From a virus (lineage: Duplodnaviria > Caudoviricetes), in the IMG/VR virus record IMGVR_UViG_3300032321_000659, positions 1 through 25,007 of that record: a stretch of 25,007 nt of DNA; one strand, 5' to 3'. Position 1 is the stretch's first letter; each line of letters opens with the position of its first letter. Of this stretch, positions 24,947 to 25,007 are shown in pieces. The notes beneath the pieces were generated by a model, which ran no database searches, had not been told where the DNA came from, and saw nothing but the letters and a program-made list of their open reading frames with translations. Position numbers and translations under genes: made by a program.

Positions 24947-25007
24947 ACCCCCCACCCGGCATATCCCGGTACGGCCTGTAACTTCAGGACGCAAGGGGGG
25001 AGTTCAC

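Overview
The whole window is part of a tailed dsDNA phage genome with siphovirus-type structural genes and about 50% GC. An actinobacterial host is inferred from the WhiB gene, the 'PNGGSS' membrane protein and the gene styles; a moderate-GC freshwater host is plausible but not provable here. Order: HK97-fold capsid, a glycosyltransferase, head-tail joining genes, two tandem paralogous tail-tube genes, tail chaperone with a -1 slippery site, tape measure, tail tip/fibre, lysis genes, a DUF6378 + 2 glycosyltransferase + epimerase cassette, a leftward operon of seven tiny genes (four missing from the ORF track, including a ribbon-helix-helix protein), a divergent control region, then resolvase, WhiB, lytic transglycosylase, Cas4-like exonuclease, SSB-like protein, C5 methyltransferase, primase-helicase, a putative origin and two HNH-type nucleases. 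No terminase, portal or integrase lies inside the window. Best leads: (1) a C5 MTase with a nested alternative-frame gene resembling the M.EcoHK31I beta subunit plus an array of TRD-like modules; (2) a split glycosylation system whose capsid-adjacent gene has a possible SD-sequestering pseudoknot; (3) a D-arm-less tRNA-like element; (4) duplicated tail-tube genes. All family assignments come from motif recognition by eye, with no database searches.
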